Below, in pieces: positions 17,572-26,467 of a stretch of 44,367 nucleotides of DNA. The position numbers and the translations under genes are program-made. Positions within the stretch are counted from its first letter, which is position 1; each line of letters begins with the position of its first letter. Origin of the DNA: a virus (taxonomy: Duplodnaviria > Caudoviricetes); IMG/VR virus record IMGVR_UViG_3300044305_003822, positions 1 to 44,367 of that record. One strand, 5' to 3'. The notes under the pieces were generated by a model. The model saw only the letters and a list, made by a program, of their open reading frames with translations. It had not been told where the DNA came from and searched no databases.

Positions 17572-18002
17572 TAGAAGTAGATAAAAAAGAGCATTATTAT
17601 TGGGGAGACATAGATAAAGCAACTGATAATTTAGCTAAACAAATATTAAATTTATATATTAAACCACTTTATATATGTGGTATACCTAGGGGAGGTTTAA
17701 TTCCTGCTGTTTTATTATCTCATAAAACAGGAATACCTTACCAACAAATTTCTACAACAAATACACATCCGGGATCAGATTTATCTCATGTTTTATTTGT
17801 AGATGATATTTGTGATTCAGGTGTTACTTTAGAAAAAATAAGAAAAACATTTAATAAATGTCGTATCGCAACTTTGCTCACTAAAGAATCAGCATCTGGA
17901 CAACCAGATATTTATTGGAAAACAACAGAGTGTGATTGGGCTATATTCCCTTGGGAAGCGCATGGAGCTCTAGAAACAAGAGATAATACAGATATTAAAT
18001 AA
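17568..18002 (+). CDS. Type I phosphoribosyltransferase (xanthine/guanine PRT-like)
   Basis: GIPRGGLIPA, PRPP-binding VLFVDDICDSGVTL, W-x-IFPWE; ATGA-coupled to folE. Confidence 0.85.
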   Translation: MIEVDKKEHYYWGDIDKATDNLAKQILNLYIKPLYICGIPRGGLIPAVLLSHKTGIPYQQISTTNTHPGSDLSHVLFVDDICDSGVTLEKIRKTFNKCRIATLLTKESASGQPDIYWKTTECDWAIFPWEAHGALETRDNTDIK

Positions 18003-18004
18003 TT

Positions 18005-18400
18005 ATGGGTTCAAGAAAACCAAAAGGCAAATCAAAAGGGTTAGGGGATACAATTGCTAAAATAACTCATGCTACTGGATTAAATAAAGTAGCTGAAGCA
18101 GTGGCTAAGGCCGCTGGTAAAGACGATTGTGGTTGTGGTAGAAGACAAGATAAGTTAAATGAAATGTTTCCTTATCTTAAAGAAACAAAACAAGAATCAC
18201 CTAAAGTTCCCCCTCAACCATTAGATGAAATAGAGGGATTATATGAAGTTCTCCAACCTATTACTTTTACCTTAGATGATGGAAACACAATAGATTTAAC
18301 AGTAGGATCTGTTTTGCCTATTGATAAACAACATCCATTGTATAAAGATATGGAGCACTATCATAATAATTCAATTGTAAAAAAAATAAATAATGGGTAA
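18005..18400 (+). CDS. Hypothetical protein with KGLGD...DCGC..R...LN..FPY N-terminal module
   Basis: 131-aa ORF in operon context. Confidence 0.65.
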   Translation: MGSRKPKGKSKGLGDTIAKITHATGLNKVAEAVAKAAGKDDCGCGRRQDKLNEMFPYLKETKQESPKVPPQPLDEIEGLYEVLQPITFTLDDGNTIDLTVGSVLPIDKQHPLYKDMEHYHNNSIVKKINNG

Positions 18401-18950
18401 ACAATTAAAATTAAAATTTAACGAAAATGCTTTTAATTTAAGAAACAGCGAATTTCCTAGTGATGTTCCCTTCGTTAATGAAGTAGAAACATTTAATAGA
18501 TTAACAGGCAAACCTAACAATTATAAACCTGTAATTCCTGAAGAAAAAGAATGGAAATTTGTCTATGATTTTATTTTAGAAGAACTAGAAGAATATAAAG
18601 AAGCTTGTGAAACAGGAAATATAGTAGAAATTTTAGATGCTCTTTGTGATATAGCTTATGTTTCTCTTGGAAATGGTACTATGTTACATGGACTTAAAAA
18701 TAAAATATGGCCTGCTTATCAGGAAGTACAAGCAAGTAATTTATCAAAAGTTTGTAAAACTGTAGAAGAAGCAGAACTTACCGTTGAAAAACGTAGTAAA
18801 GAACAAGGTGAAGAATGCCATTGGGAGGAAGTAGGCAATATGTATATCGTGTATCGCACTCGGGATCGCAAAGTAATGAAATCTATTAATTATTTTAGAC
18901 CTGATTTAACAAAATTTTTCACTAATGAAGAGCTTTCTGAATTCAATTAA
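18393..18950 (+). CDS. MazG-like all-alpha NTP pyrophosphohydrolase (DR2231/PRA-PH-like)
   Basis: EELEEYKEA...EILDALCDIAYV...EVQASNLSK...KVMKS. Confidence 0.8.
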   Translation: MGKQLKLKFNENAFNLRNSEFPSDVPFVNEVETFNRLTGKPNNYKPVIPEEKEWKFVYDFILEELEEYKEACETGNIVEILDALCDIAYVSLGNGTMLHGLKNKIWPAYQEVQASNLSKVCKTVEEAELTVEKRSKEQGEECHWEEVGNMYIVYRTRDRKVMKSINYFRPDLTKFFTNEELSEFN

Positions 18951-20376
18951 GAAAGGTTTTTTTCCATTTTTAATAGCGTTTTCAGCCCTTTCAGTATCTG
19001 CCTCAGCGGCATTTTACTCAGTTACTGGTCTGTCAAAGTTATTTGCTGGAGCTTCTCTAGAAGTAATAATAATGGCTGGATCTTTAGAGGTATCTAAGTT
19101 AGTTATTGCTTCATTATTATATCAATATTGGGATACTTTAATAGGATGGTTAAAATATTATCTTTCAATAGCATGTTTTATATTAGTAATAATAACATCT
19201 GCGGGTATTTATGGATTTTTATCTGCTGCTTATCAAGAAACAGCTAATAAAGCAAATGTAGTAGATAAAGAAATAGCGTTTTTAAGTAAACAAAAAGATT
19301 TTTATCAAGAAGATGTAGATAGATATGAAGAAGAATTAAGATTAATATCTCAAAATATATCTAATTTATCACAAGCGAAAGTAGCAAATATACAAATTAA
19401 AGATACAGCAGTTGCCGGTGGCGTTAGAAATACAATATCAACAGCTGAATTAAGATTAGCACGTGAAAGATTAGTAGTAGAAGAAAATAACAGAAATAAC
19501 ATACAATCTAAAAGAAACATATCAGCTGATAGTTTAAAGACCATAGAAATAAAAATATTAAATTTAGAATCAAATACTGATTTAGCTGCGGAATTAGGTC
19601 CATTAAAATATCTTCAAAATCTTACTGGAATTTCAATGGATAGGATAATAAATTATCTATTACTAATTATTATATTTGTATTTGATCCATTAGCTATTTC
19701 TCTTGTTGTTGCAGCTAATTTTGCTTTTGCAAGAGCTTTTCCTACATTACCCGAGACAAGGGGCTCTGTAATAGAATTAGAAGAAGATAAAGAAGAAGAT
19801 GAAGACCAAGAAGAAAAAATACTAACTAATCAAGAAAAATTTGATAAAGATTTTGGATTAGAAGACTGGGAGGATAATGATTATTATGAAACCGAAGATG
19901 ATCTAGATTATCCTGGGTCATTAGATGAATATACTGAGGAAGATGAGCAAAGAATGAATATAATAGGTCAAAATGGAAATGATGGAGAACATTATGATGA
20001 TAGTGAAATAAAAAAAACAATAGATGATTTAGAAGACGATTTTCATAAAATTGCAGAAAAAACTAATGAAGATTTAGGTAAATTTTATGGTCTACAAACT
20101 GAAATAAAAGATAAGTTAACTGAAAATGAAAAAGAAATAAGTTCAATTAATAAAAGAGTAAAAAGTATAGATGAGTATTTAGAAAAAAATGCTCCTTACT
20201 ATGGAGAAAAAGCAGAAGCAACAAAATCTTTAGAAGATTTTTATGGTGAAGAAAAACCTGCTCCTGAGGAACCTAAAAAAAAGGTAACTAAATTGTATGA
20301 TTGGAATAAATTAGATAGATCATCTCCTAATTATGGAGATCCAAAAGAAGAAGAAGAAGGAGGAAAAATATATTAG
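18925..20376 (+). CDS. Multi-pass membrane protein with coiled coil and long acidic C-terminus
   Basis: Three N-terminal hydrophobic helices, coiled coil, IIFVFDPLAI helix, D/E-rich tail. Confidence 0.75.
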   Translation: MKSFLNSIKKGFFPFLIAFSALSVSASAAFYSVTGLSKLFAGASLEVIIMAGSLEVSKLVIASLLYQYWDTLIGWLKYYLSIACFILVIITSAGIYGFLSAAYQETANKANVVDKEIAFLSKQKDFYQEDVDRYEEELRLISQNISNLSQAKVANIQIKDTAVAGGVRNTISTAELRLARERLVVEENNRNNIQSKRNISADSLKTIEIKILNLESNTDLAAELGPLKYLQNLTGISMDRIINYLLLIIIFVFDPLAISLVVAANFAFARAFPTLPETRGSVIELEEDKEEDEDQEEKILTNQEKFDKDFGLEDWEDNDYYETEDDLDYPGSLDEYTEEDEQRMNIIGQNGNDGEHYDDSEIKKTIDDLEDDFHKIAEKTNEDLGKFYGLQTEIKDKLTENEKEISSINKRVKSIDEYLEKNAPYYGEKAEATKSLEDFYGEEKPAPEEPKKKVTKLYDWNKLDRSSPNYGDPKEEEEGGKIY

Positions 20377-20392
20377 AAATTTAAAATAAGTT

Positions 20393-22111
20393 ATGTATAA
20401 AAAAATTCATGAACATGGTACAGGAAAAGATAATGTACACGTAATACATTTATGGACAGATGAGGGTTATGAAAAAATAGAATGGAATAATTACGCTTAT
20501 AGAGAATGTTCTAAACAAGATTCTGAATTTACAGGATTAAAAAATGAACCGTTACGCCGTACTCACGATTACGATAGAAAAACCACTGGTTTACACTTCT
20601 CAGATATTGAAGCTTATCAAAAATTTCTTATAGAAAAATATGGTACTAATGACGAGCCCTCTAAATCACATAGAGAGGTTTTTTTTGATATTGAGTGTGA
20701 AATGGGTGGGGCATTAACTGAAGAATATATTTCTAATGCTCCTAAACCTATTACTTCTATTGCTTGGTATGATAAACAAGCTGATTGGTGGTCAATTGTT
20801 ATTTTAGATAAAAAAAATCAATTAAAACATACTAAAACTAAAAATAAAGAAATTATACCTCTAAAACATGAAGCTGATCTATTAGATACATTTTTAAATA
20901 AAATGGAAGAAATAGAACCTGATATTTTAATAGGTTATAATAGTGATTATTTTGATATTCCTTATCTATATCATAGAATGTGTATCGTTTTAGGAGAACA
21001 AGATGCAAAACGTTTATCTCCTATAGGTAAAATAAAATGTAAAAAAAATAATCAATATTGGTATAAAAAAGATAGGTTTGTTGATATAGCAGGAGTTGAA
21101 TCACTTGATTATATGAGATTACATAAAAAATATAATTGGGAAGATGAACCATCTTGGAAATTAGATGCTATAGGAGAAAAATATGTTGGTATAAATAAAA
21201 TAGAATATGAAGGTTCATTAGATAGATTATTTGAAGAAGATATACATAAATTTATTCAATATAACTTTGTTGATGTTGAAATATTAGTTGAATTAGATAA
21301 AAAACTACAATATATAGATTTAACAAAAAATCTAGCCCATAAAGGTAAAATCAAATATAGTGAAGTGTATGCATCATCCAAGATCCAAGATGGAGCCATC
21401 TCAGCTTATTTACTATCTCAAAAAATAATACCACCAAACCGTCCTTCGGGAGTAGGTAAATTAAACTATGCTGGTGGTTATTTATTCTGCCCTAAAGCAG
21501 GTTTATACAAATATATGTTTGATGAAGATTTAACTTCACTATATCCTTCAATTATAATGACTTTAAATATTGGAAGAGAAACTATAGTAGGTAAAATTAT
21601 AGATGAAAATGATCGTAATAATAGATTAGGTTTAAATGATTTAAAAGAAAAAGATGGTGAAGAAGAAGTTATCATTATGAACCCTAATAAAAAATCAGAT
21701 AATGAAAGAAGAGTATCTATAGAAAAATTAATTCAAATGGTTGAAAAAAATAATTGGTCTGTAGCAGCTAATGGTACATTTTTTAAAACAGATAAAAAAT
21801 CTGTATTATCTATTATTTTAGATAAATGGTTTAAGGAAAGGGAAATATATAAAAATAGAATGAAACACTGTTATCAAAAAGGTGATACTGAAGGTGGAGC
21901 CAAAAATCATCTATTACAATATACTATGAAAATTTTATTAAATTCATTATATGGTGCTACTGCCTTACCATCATTTAGGTATGGTTTACCTGAATCTATA
22001 TTAAGTGAATCAATTACTTTATCAGGTTGGCGCATTATTCAAGAATCCGCACTTGCTGCTAATCGCCATATGAATAAAGTTTTAAGAAATGAAATTGAAT
22101 TAAAAATATGA
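20393..22111 (+). CDS. polB: Family-B DNA polymerase, N-terminal part (3'-5' exonuclease, motifs A and B)
   Basis: ExoI FFDIECE, ExoII GYNSDYFDIPYL, ExoIII YNFVDV, motif A DLTSLYPSII, motif B KILLNSLYG; motif C absent. Confidence 0.92.
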   Translation: MYKKIHEHGTGKDNVHVIHLWTDEGYEKIEWNNYAYRECSKQDSEFTGLKNEPLRRTHDYDRKTTGLHFSDIEAYQKFLIEKYGTNDEPSKSHREVFFDIECEMGGALTEEYISNAPKPITSIAWYDKQADWWSIVILDKKNQLKHTKTKNKEIIPLKHEADLLDTFLNKMEEIEPDILIGYNSDYFDIPYLYHRMCIVLGEQDAKRLSPIGKIKCKKNNQYWYKKDRFVDIAGVESLDYMRLHKKYNWEDEPSWKLDAIGEKYVGINKIEYEGSLDRLFEEDIHKFIQYNFVDVEILVELDKKLQYIDLTKNLAHKGKIKYSEVYASSKIQDGAISAYLLSQKIIPPNRPSGVGKLNYAGGYLFCPKAGLYKYMFDEDLTSLYPSIIMTLNIGRETIVGKIIDENDRNNRLGLNDLKEKDGEEEVIIMNPNKKSDNERRVSIEKLIQMVEKNNWSVAANGTFFKTDKKSVLSIILDKWFKEREIYKNRMKHCYQKGDTEGGAKNHLLQYTMKILLNSLYGATALPSFRYGLPESILSESITLSGWRIIQESALAANRHMNKVLRNEIELKI

Positions 22112-22455
22112 AATACGAAGTAGAAAGTAGACCTTGGGGTATGTATGAAGTTTTATTAGATTCTGATGAATGTAAAGTAAAACGAATTACTGTTGCTCCT
22201 GGTCAAAAATTATCTTATCAATATCATCATAAAAGACAGGAACAATGGACTGTAGTTAAAGGTAATTTAACTATTATTTTAGATGATGATAAAGTATTTA
22301 GATCACCTGGAGAATCAATAAAAATTCCTTTAGGAGCTAGGCATAGGGCCTGGAATGAAACTGATGAATTAGTACAATTTATCGAAGTCCAAACCGGAAC
22401 TTATTTTGGTGAGGATGACATAATTAGAATAGAAGACGATTATAATAGAGAATAA
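22108..22455 (+). CDS. Mannose-6-phosphate isomerase type II C-terminal cupin-like protein
   Basis: RPWG, KVKRITVAPGQKLSYQYHHKRQEQW, IEVQTGTYFGEDDIIRIEDDY. Confidence 0.9.
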   Translation: MKYEVESRPWGMYEVLLDSDECKVKRITVAPGQKLSYQYHHKRQEQWTVVKGNLTIILDDDKVFRSPGESIKIPLGARHRAWNETDELVQFIEVQTGTYFGEDDIIRIEDDYNRE

Positions 22456-22456
22456 T

Positions 22457-22717
22457 ATGGCATTAACACCACAAGCATTAAGACAAGGAGTTCACGTTTT
22501 AATAGATGAAGAACTTGCAACGAAAGAAGAACTCATAGAAATGAGCAAAGAATGGAGCGAAAAAAGAGAAGTTTTTTTTCGTAAAATGCTCCAACAAGGA
22601 GGGCGTTTTAAATTTGATAATAAACAATTTGAAGTTAAATTGAGACAAAAATTACTCAATAGTCAAGGGGAAAAAGATGGTGGAATCATTCAAATCCCTG
22701 GTGATAGTAGGTTTTAA
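22457..22717 (+). CDS. Hypothetical protein inserted between the polB halves
   Basis: 86-aa ORF whose stop overlaps the next ATG (TAATG). Confidence 0.7.
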   Translation: MALTPQALRQGVHVLIDEELATKEELIEMSKEWSEKREVFFRKMLQQGGRFKFDNKQFEVKLRQKLLNSQGEKDGGIIQIPGDSRF

Positions 22718-23640
22718 TGAAACATTTAGAAGATACACCCTGGTTTATATGTGATGAAGGCGATACTAACCTATGTGCCTATGTGGATACAGATTCAAAT
22801 TATTTTAATGCTGAACCACTTTTAAATCATTTATATCCTAATTTTAAAGATTTATCTAACGAAGAAAAAGATTCTAAACTTGAAGGATTAGCAATTGCTT
22901 ATCAGGATATAATTAATGATAGTTACAATAATCTTACTATTAATTGTTTTAATGTTAAATCTCATAGATTAGAGATGAAAACAGAATGTGTTATTCGTTC
23001 TGCCTATTTTAGAGCCCATAGACGTTACGCTCAGTGGATTACAAAACAAGAAGGTATTACTAAAGAAACCTTAGATGTAAAAGGTTTAGAATATAAAAAA
23101 TCTAATTTTCCTAAAGTATTTGGTAATTTTTTTAGAAAAGCACTTGAAGATGTTTTAAAAGGTACACCACAAAATGAAATTGATAGACGTATTCTAGATT
23201 TTAAAAAGAAAATATTAACAGACATGCCTATCGGGGAATTAGGTAATCCCACTAGTGTAAAAACATTAAATAAATATATTGAACGTAAACCTGTTGGAGG
23301 AGAAGTCTTCACTATAATACGTAAAGGAGCACCTGCTGCTGTTAGAGCTGCTATCAAATATAATGATTTATTAAAATATTGGAAATTAGATACTAAACAT
23401 AGTCCTATAGTTCAAGGTGATAAAATTAAATGGATTTATATGAAAAAAAATCCATACAATATTGAAGCATTAGCTTATCTTGATTTTGATATGCCTGATA
23501 AAATAAAAGATCTATTAGAACGTTTTGCAGATAAAGAAAAAGTATTTGATACTATTTTGTTAAATAAACTAGAAGGATTCTATAGTGATTTAGAATGGGA
23601 ATTAAATACAAATCCTTATATTAATCAATTTTTTATATGA
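22717..23640 (+). CDS. polB: Family-B DNA polymerase, C-terminal part (motif C, thumb)
   Basis: YVDTDSNYF (motif C), RRYA, LDVKGLE, GDKIKWIY. Confidence 0.9.
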   Translation: MKHLEDTPWFICDEGDTNLCAYVDTDSNYFNAEPLLNHLYPNFKDLSNEEKDSKLEGLAIAYQDIINDSYNNLTINCFNVKSHRLEMKTECVIRSAYFRAHRRYAQWITKQEGITKETLDVKGLEYKKSNFPKVFGNFFRKALEDVLKGTPQNEIDRRILDFKKKILTDMPIGELGNPTSVKTLNKYIERKPVGGEVFTIIRKGAPAAVRAAIKYNDLLKYWKLDTKHSPIVQGDKIKWIYMKKNPYNIEALAYLDFDMPDKIKDLLERFADKEKVFDTILLNKLEGFYSDLEWELNTNPYINQFFI

Positions 23641-24395
23641 TTTATATTTTTGATATTGATGGTACATTAACTCCTAGTAGAAATAAAATGGATAAAGATT
23701 TTCAACAATTCTTTAAAGAATTTATGGAAACTCATAAAGTTTGGTTAATATCTGGTAGCGATAAAGACAAAACAATAGACCAAATAGGAGAAGAAATTTG
23801 GAGAAAAGCACAAAGAGCTTATCAATGTTCAGGTAATCAACTTTACCAAGCAGGTGAATTAATTAAAGAAAATAAATTTGAATTACCAATACAAACTAGA
23901 GCATGTTTAGAAGCATTCTTAACAGAATCTAAATACCCCCATCGTTACGGAAATCATATAGAAGAAAGACCAGGTATGGTTAATTTTTCTGTAGTAGGTA
24001 GAAATTGTACTCAAAAACAAAGAGAACATTATTTTGCATGGGATAAAGAAAATAAAGAAAGAAAAAAATTTGCTTGGGAACTAAGAGAAAGATATAGTTT
24101 TTTAGAAGTTACAATAGGTGGTGAAATTAGTATAGATATTACTGAAATGGGGAAAGATAAAGGTCAAATTATATATGATTTACATGATGTTCAAGAAGAT
24201 TTTACATTTTTTGGTGATAAATTAAAACCGGGTGGAAATGACTATTCTATGAAATTATCCTATTTACATTATAAAAATACTCCTCCTAAGAAAAAGAGAG
24301 AAAAACCAAAAATTGATGGTACCTTCCATCCAGTAGAAACTTGGAGAGACACTAAAAATTTATTATATTCCATCATATTAAGCTCTATACTATGA
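23637..24395 (+). CDS. HAD-IIB phosphomannomutase-like protein (eukaryote-type PMM family)
   Basis: IFDIDGTLTPSR, SGSD, IEERPGMVNFSVVGR, IGGEISIDI, FFGDK...GGNDY. Confidence 0.85.
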   Translation: MIYIFDIDGTLTPSRNKMDKDFQQFFKEFMETHKVWLISGSDKDKTIDQIGEEIWRKAQRAYQCSGNQLYQAGELIKENKFELPIQTRACLEAFLTESKYPHRYGNHIEERPGMVNFSVVGRNCTQKQREHYFAWDKENKERKKFAWELRERYSFLEVTIGGEISIDITEMGKDKGQIIYDLHDVQEDFTFFGDKLKPGGNDYSMKLSYLHYKNTPPKKKREKPKIDGTFHPVETWRDTKNLLYSIILSSIL

Positions 24396-24772
24396 CAATA
24401 GAAATTTCAAATGGCGAATTAATAGATAAACTAACTATATTAGAAATAAAGTTAGAAAAAGTTATAGATAAAAAGGCATCTGCTAATATTCTTAATGAAT
24501 GGGAGATATTAAATGAAAAAGCAAATTTATTATTTAGTATCCATAGTTCCCAAGAATTATTTAAGGCACAAAATGATTTAGAAGAAATAAATAGACAATT
24601 ATGGTGGGTAGAGGATAGTATTAGAGAAAACGAAAAACAAGGAGTATTTGATAAAGAATTTGTGGAATTAGCTAGATCAGTTTATAAATTAAATGATAAA
24701 AGATTTAAGTTAAAAAATAAAATAAATAAATTAACTCATTCAGAATTACGTGAAGAAAAATTATATAGTTGA
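24392..24772 (+). CDS. DUF6165-like helical protein
   Basis: EISNGELIDKLTILEIK...LWWVEDSIR...FVELARSVY..ND.R..LK; family recognised from memory. Confidence 0.65.
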   Translation: MTIEISNGELIDKLTILEIKLEKVIDKKASANILNEWEILNEKANLLFSIHSSQELFKAQNDLEEINRQLWWVEDSIRENEKQGVFDKEFVELARSVYKLNDKRFKLKNKINKLTHSELREEKLYS

Positions 24773-25475
24773 AAATATAGAAAAATATTTCTTAGGGGGC
24801 CTAGTTAGTGGTGTAGTATGGAAATTAGATGGTAATCAAGTAACTATTAATTTTAGTACTGAAACTAAAGATGCTGCTGGTATATTAACTTTTAATTTAC
24901 CACTTCCCGAAGGACAAGTAGGTATTTACAATACGGATTCATTACTAAGATTATTAAGTATAACTAATGAAGATTTACAATTAGAATTACAATCAGATAA
25001 TACAGGTATAGTTAAAAGATTAAAAATACTTGATAATAAATTTGATTTAGATTATAATTTAAGTGATCCTAACATAATCGAGGTACCTAAAACACCACTT
25101 GAAGAAAATTATAATTTTAATTTTCACTTTAGTATTGATGATGAGTTTATTAATGGTTTCTTAAAAGCACATAATGCATTAGAAAAAATTAAAGATTTTA
25201 CTCTTAATACAGCAACAACTAAACAAGATGAAAATGTAGTTGAAATTATATTAGGAGAACGAACACAATATTCAAATAAAGTAAAATTTACAGAACCGTG
25301 TGAATTTACATCACACAGTGATATTATACCATTCTCAGCCATAGCTTTTAGAGAAATACTATTAGCAAATAAAGGTACAGAAGGTAAAGTATCTGTTGAT
25401 AATAATGGAATAGCAAAAATAGAATTTATAAATGATGAAAGTTCTGTTAAATATTTTATTATAAGACAAGAATAG
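24750..25475 (+). CDS. Sliding clamp (gp45/PCNA-like)
   Basis: About 240 aa, alternating beta/alpha pattern, GIYNT..LL.LL and Y.L.DP..I linker; replication context with the clamp loader downstream; GTG start. Confidence 0.65.
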   Translation: MKKNYIVENIEKYFLGGLVSGVVWKLDGNQVTINFSTETKDAAGILTFNLPLPEGQVGIYNTDSLLRLLSITNEDLQLELQSDNTGIVKRLKILDNKFDLDYNLSDPNIIEVPKTPLEENYNFNFHFSIDDEFINGFLKAHNALEKIKDFTLNTATTKQDENVVEIILGERTQYSNKVKFTEPCEFTSHSDIIPFSAIAFREILLANKGTEGKVSVDNNGIAKIEFINDESSVKYFIIRQE

Positions 25476-25478
25476 TAT

Positions 25479-25486
25479 ATATTTAT
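25479..25486 (+). promoter_or_regulatory. ATATTTAT motif upstream of hsp20
   Basis: Recurrent intergenic motif. Confidence 0.5.
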
Positions 25487-25491
25487 AATAA

Positions 25492-25552
25492 ATGACTGAG
25501 ACTCTAGGGCGAGCAGTTATGTTTTAAGTTTAACCCGAGTAGCTTAGGCGCT
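25492..25552 (+). promoter_or_regulatory. Structured 5' leader of hsp20 (two hairpins)
   Basis: ATGACTG-aga-CTC-TAGGGC-GAG-CAGTTAT hairpin, and a second hairpin GAGT-a-GC-TTAG-GC-GCTC; GC-rich against an AT-rich background. Confidence 0.6.
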
Positions 25553-25569
25553 CACAAATATAAAATGAT

Positions 25570-25998
25570 ATGAGTACATTAGAATTGTTCGAAAGAACAC
25601 AGTTCGAAAGAACACCGTTTGACATCCTATTTAGGAATTTTTTCCAAGACCAAGGGCAGTACGTGCCAATGGTAGAAAAAAACAAAGTTTCCCACCCCGT
25701 AGATCTTTATGAAACAGAAAAAGGCTTAAATTTTGATATAGCCTGCACTGGTATCTCTAAAGATGAAATTGAAATTCAACTCAATGGGGATATATTAAGA
25801 GTAAATTACGACCGAAATGAAGAAGACGATAAAGAGTATATCTATAAAGGTATAGCTAAACGATCTTTTAATTTAGGTTGGAAAATTAATTCACGTTTCG
25901 ACGTATCCAAATCCTCAGCAGGGTTCAATGATGGTTTATTAACTATTACTGTTCCTTATGCAAAAGGTTCAGAATTAAAAACCCTGAAAATTAAGTAA
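25570..25998 (+). CDS. hsp20: Small heat-shock protein Hsp20/alpha-crystallin
   Basis: HPVDLYE, YIYKGIAKRSF, DGLLTITVP, C-terminal LKIK. Confidence 0.92.
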   Translation: MSTLELFERTQFERTPFDILFRNFFQDQGQYVPMVEKNKVSHPVDLYETEKGLNFDIACTGISKDEIEIQLNGDILRVNYDRNEEDDKEYIYKGIAKRSFNLGWKINSRFDVSKSSAGFNDGLLTITVPYAKGSELKTLKIK

Positions 25999-26019
25999 AA
26001 AGCTCCGCCCTAGAGCTTT
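25999..26019 (+). other. 3' hairpin after hsp20 whose loop is complementary to the 5' leader loop
   Basis: AAAGCTC-CGCCCTA-GAGCTTT; loop GCCCTA is the reverse complement of TAGGGC at 25505-25510. Confidence 0.6.
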
Positions 26020-26046
26020 GGTTATCATAAAAAATTTTCGTATATT
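26018..26046 (+). promoter_or_regulatory. Putative promoter TTGGTT-N17-TATATT for the groES/groEL unit
   Basis: 17-nt spacer; recurrent motif. Confidence 0.7.
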
Positions 26047-26072
26047 ATACCGTAATAAAAAAAATTAGTTAT

Positions 26073-26354
26073 ATGGCAAATCCCAACTTTAAAGGTCGCC
26101 CAAAGGGCTCCGGAAAATCTACATTTATAGAAGATCCTTTATTAGGAGATTATAAAATTGCTATTGATGAATATAGCTTTAATGTGGTAGATACTAAAAA
26201 AAATAAAACTTTAGGTTTTCATACTAGTTTACCCCAAGCTATACTTTCAATTGCGAAATATCAAATGTTAAAAGAAAAAACATTTAAATTAACAGAATAC
26301 GCTGAAGAATTTGAGAATACACATCTTAATCTTAAAAATGCTATATTAAAATGA
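26073..26354 (+). CDS. Hypothetical protein with N-terminal AT-hook-like KGRPKG
   Basis: 93-aa ORF after a promoter motif. Confidence 0.7.
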   Translation: MANPNFKGRPKGSGKSTFIEDPLLGDYKIAIDEYSFNVVDTKKNKTLGFHTSLPQAILSIAKYQMLKEKTFKLTEYAEEFENTHLNLKNAILK

Positions 26355-26467
26355 GTAGCTCAAGAACCTCAAGATCTTGGGGAAGAAAATCTAGAAGATT
26401 TAGTCCTACAAAATTAACAACCAATAAAGGGAATAAAATAAACGCTAAAAAAAATAGAAAAAAATGA
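26351..26467 (+). CDS. Very basic 38-aa peptide (not in ORF track)
   Basis: MSSSRTSRSWGRKSRRFSPTKLTTNKGNKINAKKNRKK; ATGA overlaps at both ends. Confidence 0.55.
   Translation: MSSSRTSRSWGRKSRRFSPTKLTTNKGNKINAKKNRKK

Noticed and set aside
22108-22717. Self-splicing intron, split intein or frameshift joining the polB halves
   Set aside because: The gap is fully occupied by two coupled ORFs with no structured spacer; neither half has intein ends (Cys/Ser start, His-Asn end); the inserted ORFs are not endonucleases.
25487-26464. CIRCE or ROSE element controlling hsp20/groE
   Set aside because: No TTAGCACTC-N9-GAGTGCTAA seen, and no SD-sequestering U(U/C)GCU hairpin; the leader structure is different and is reported separately.
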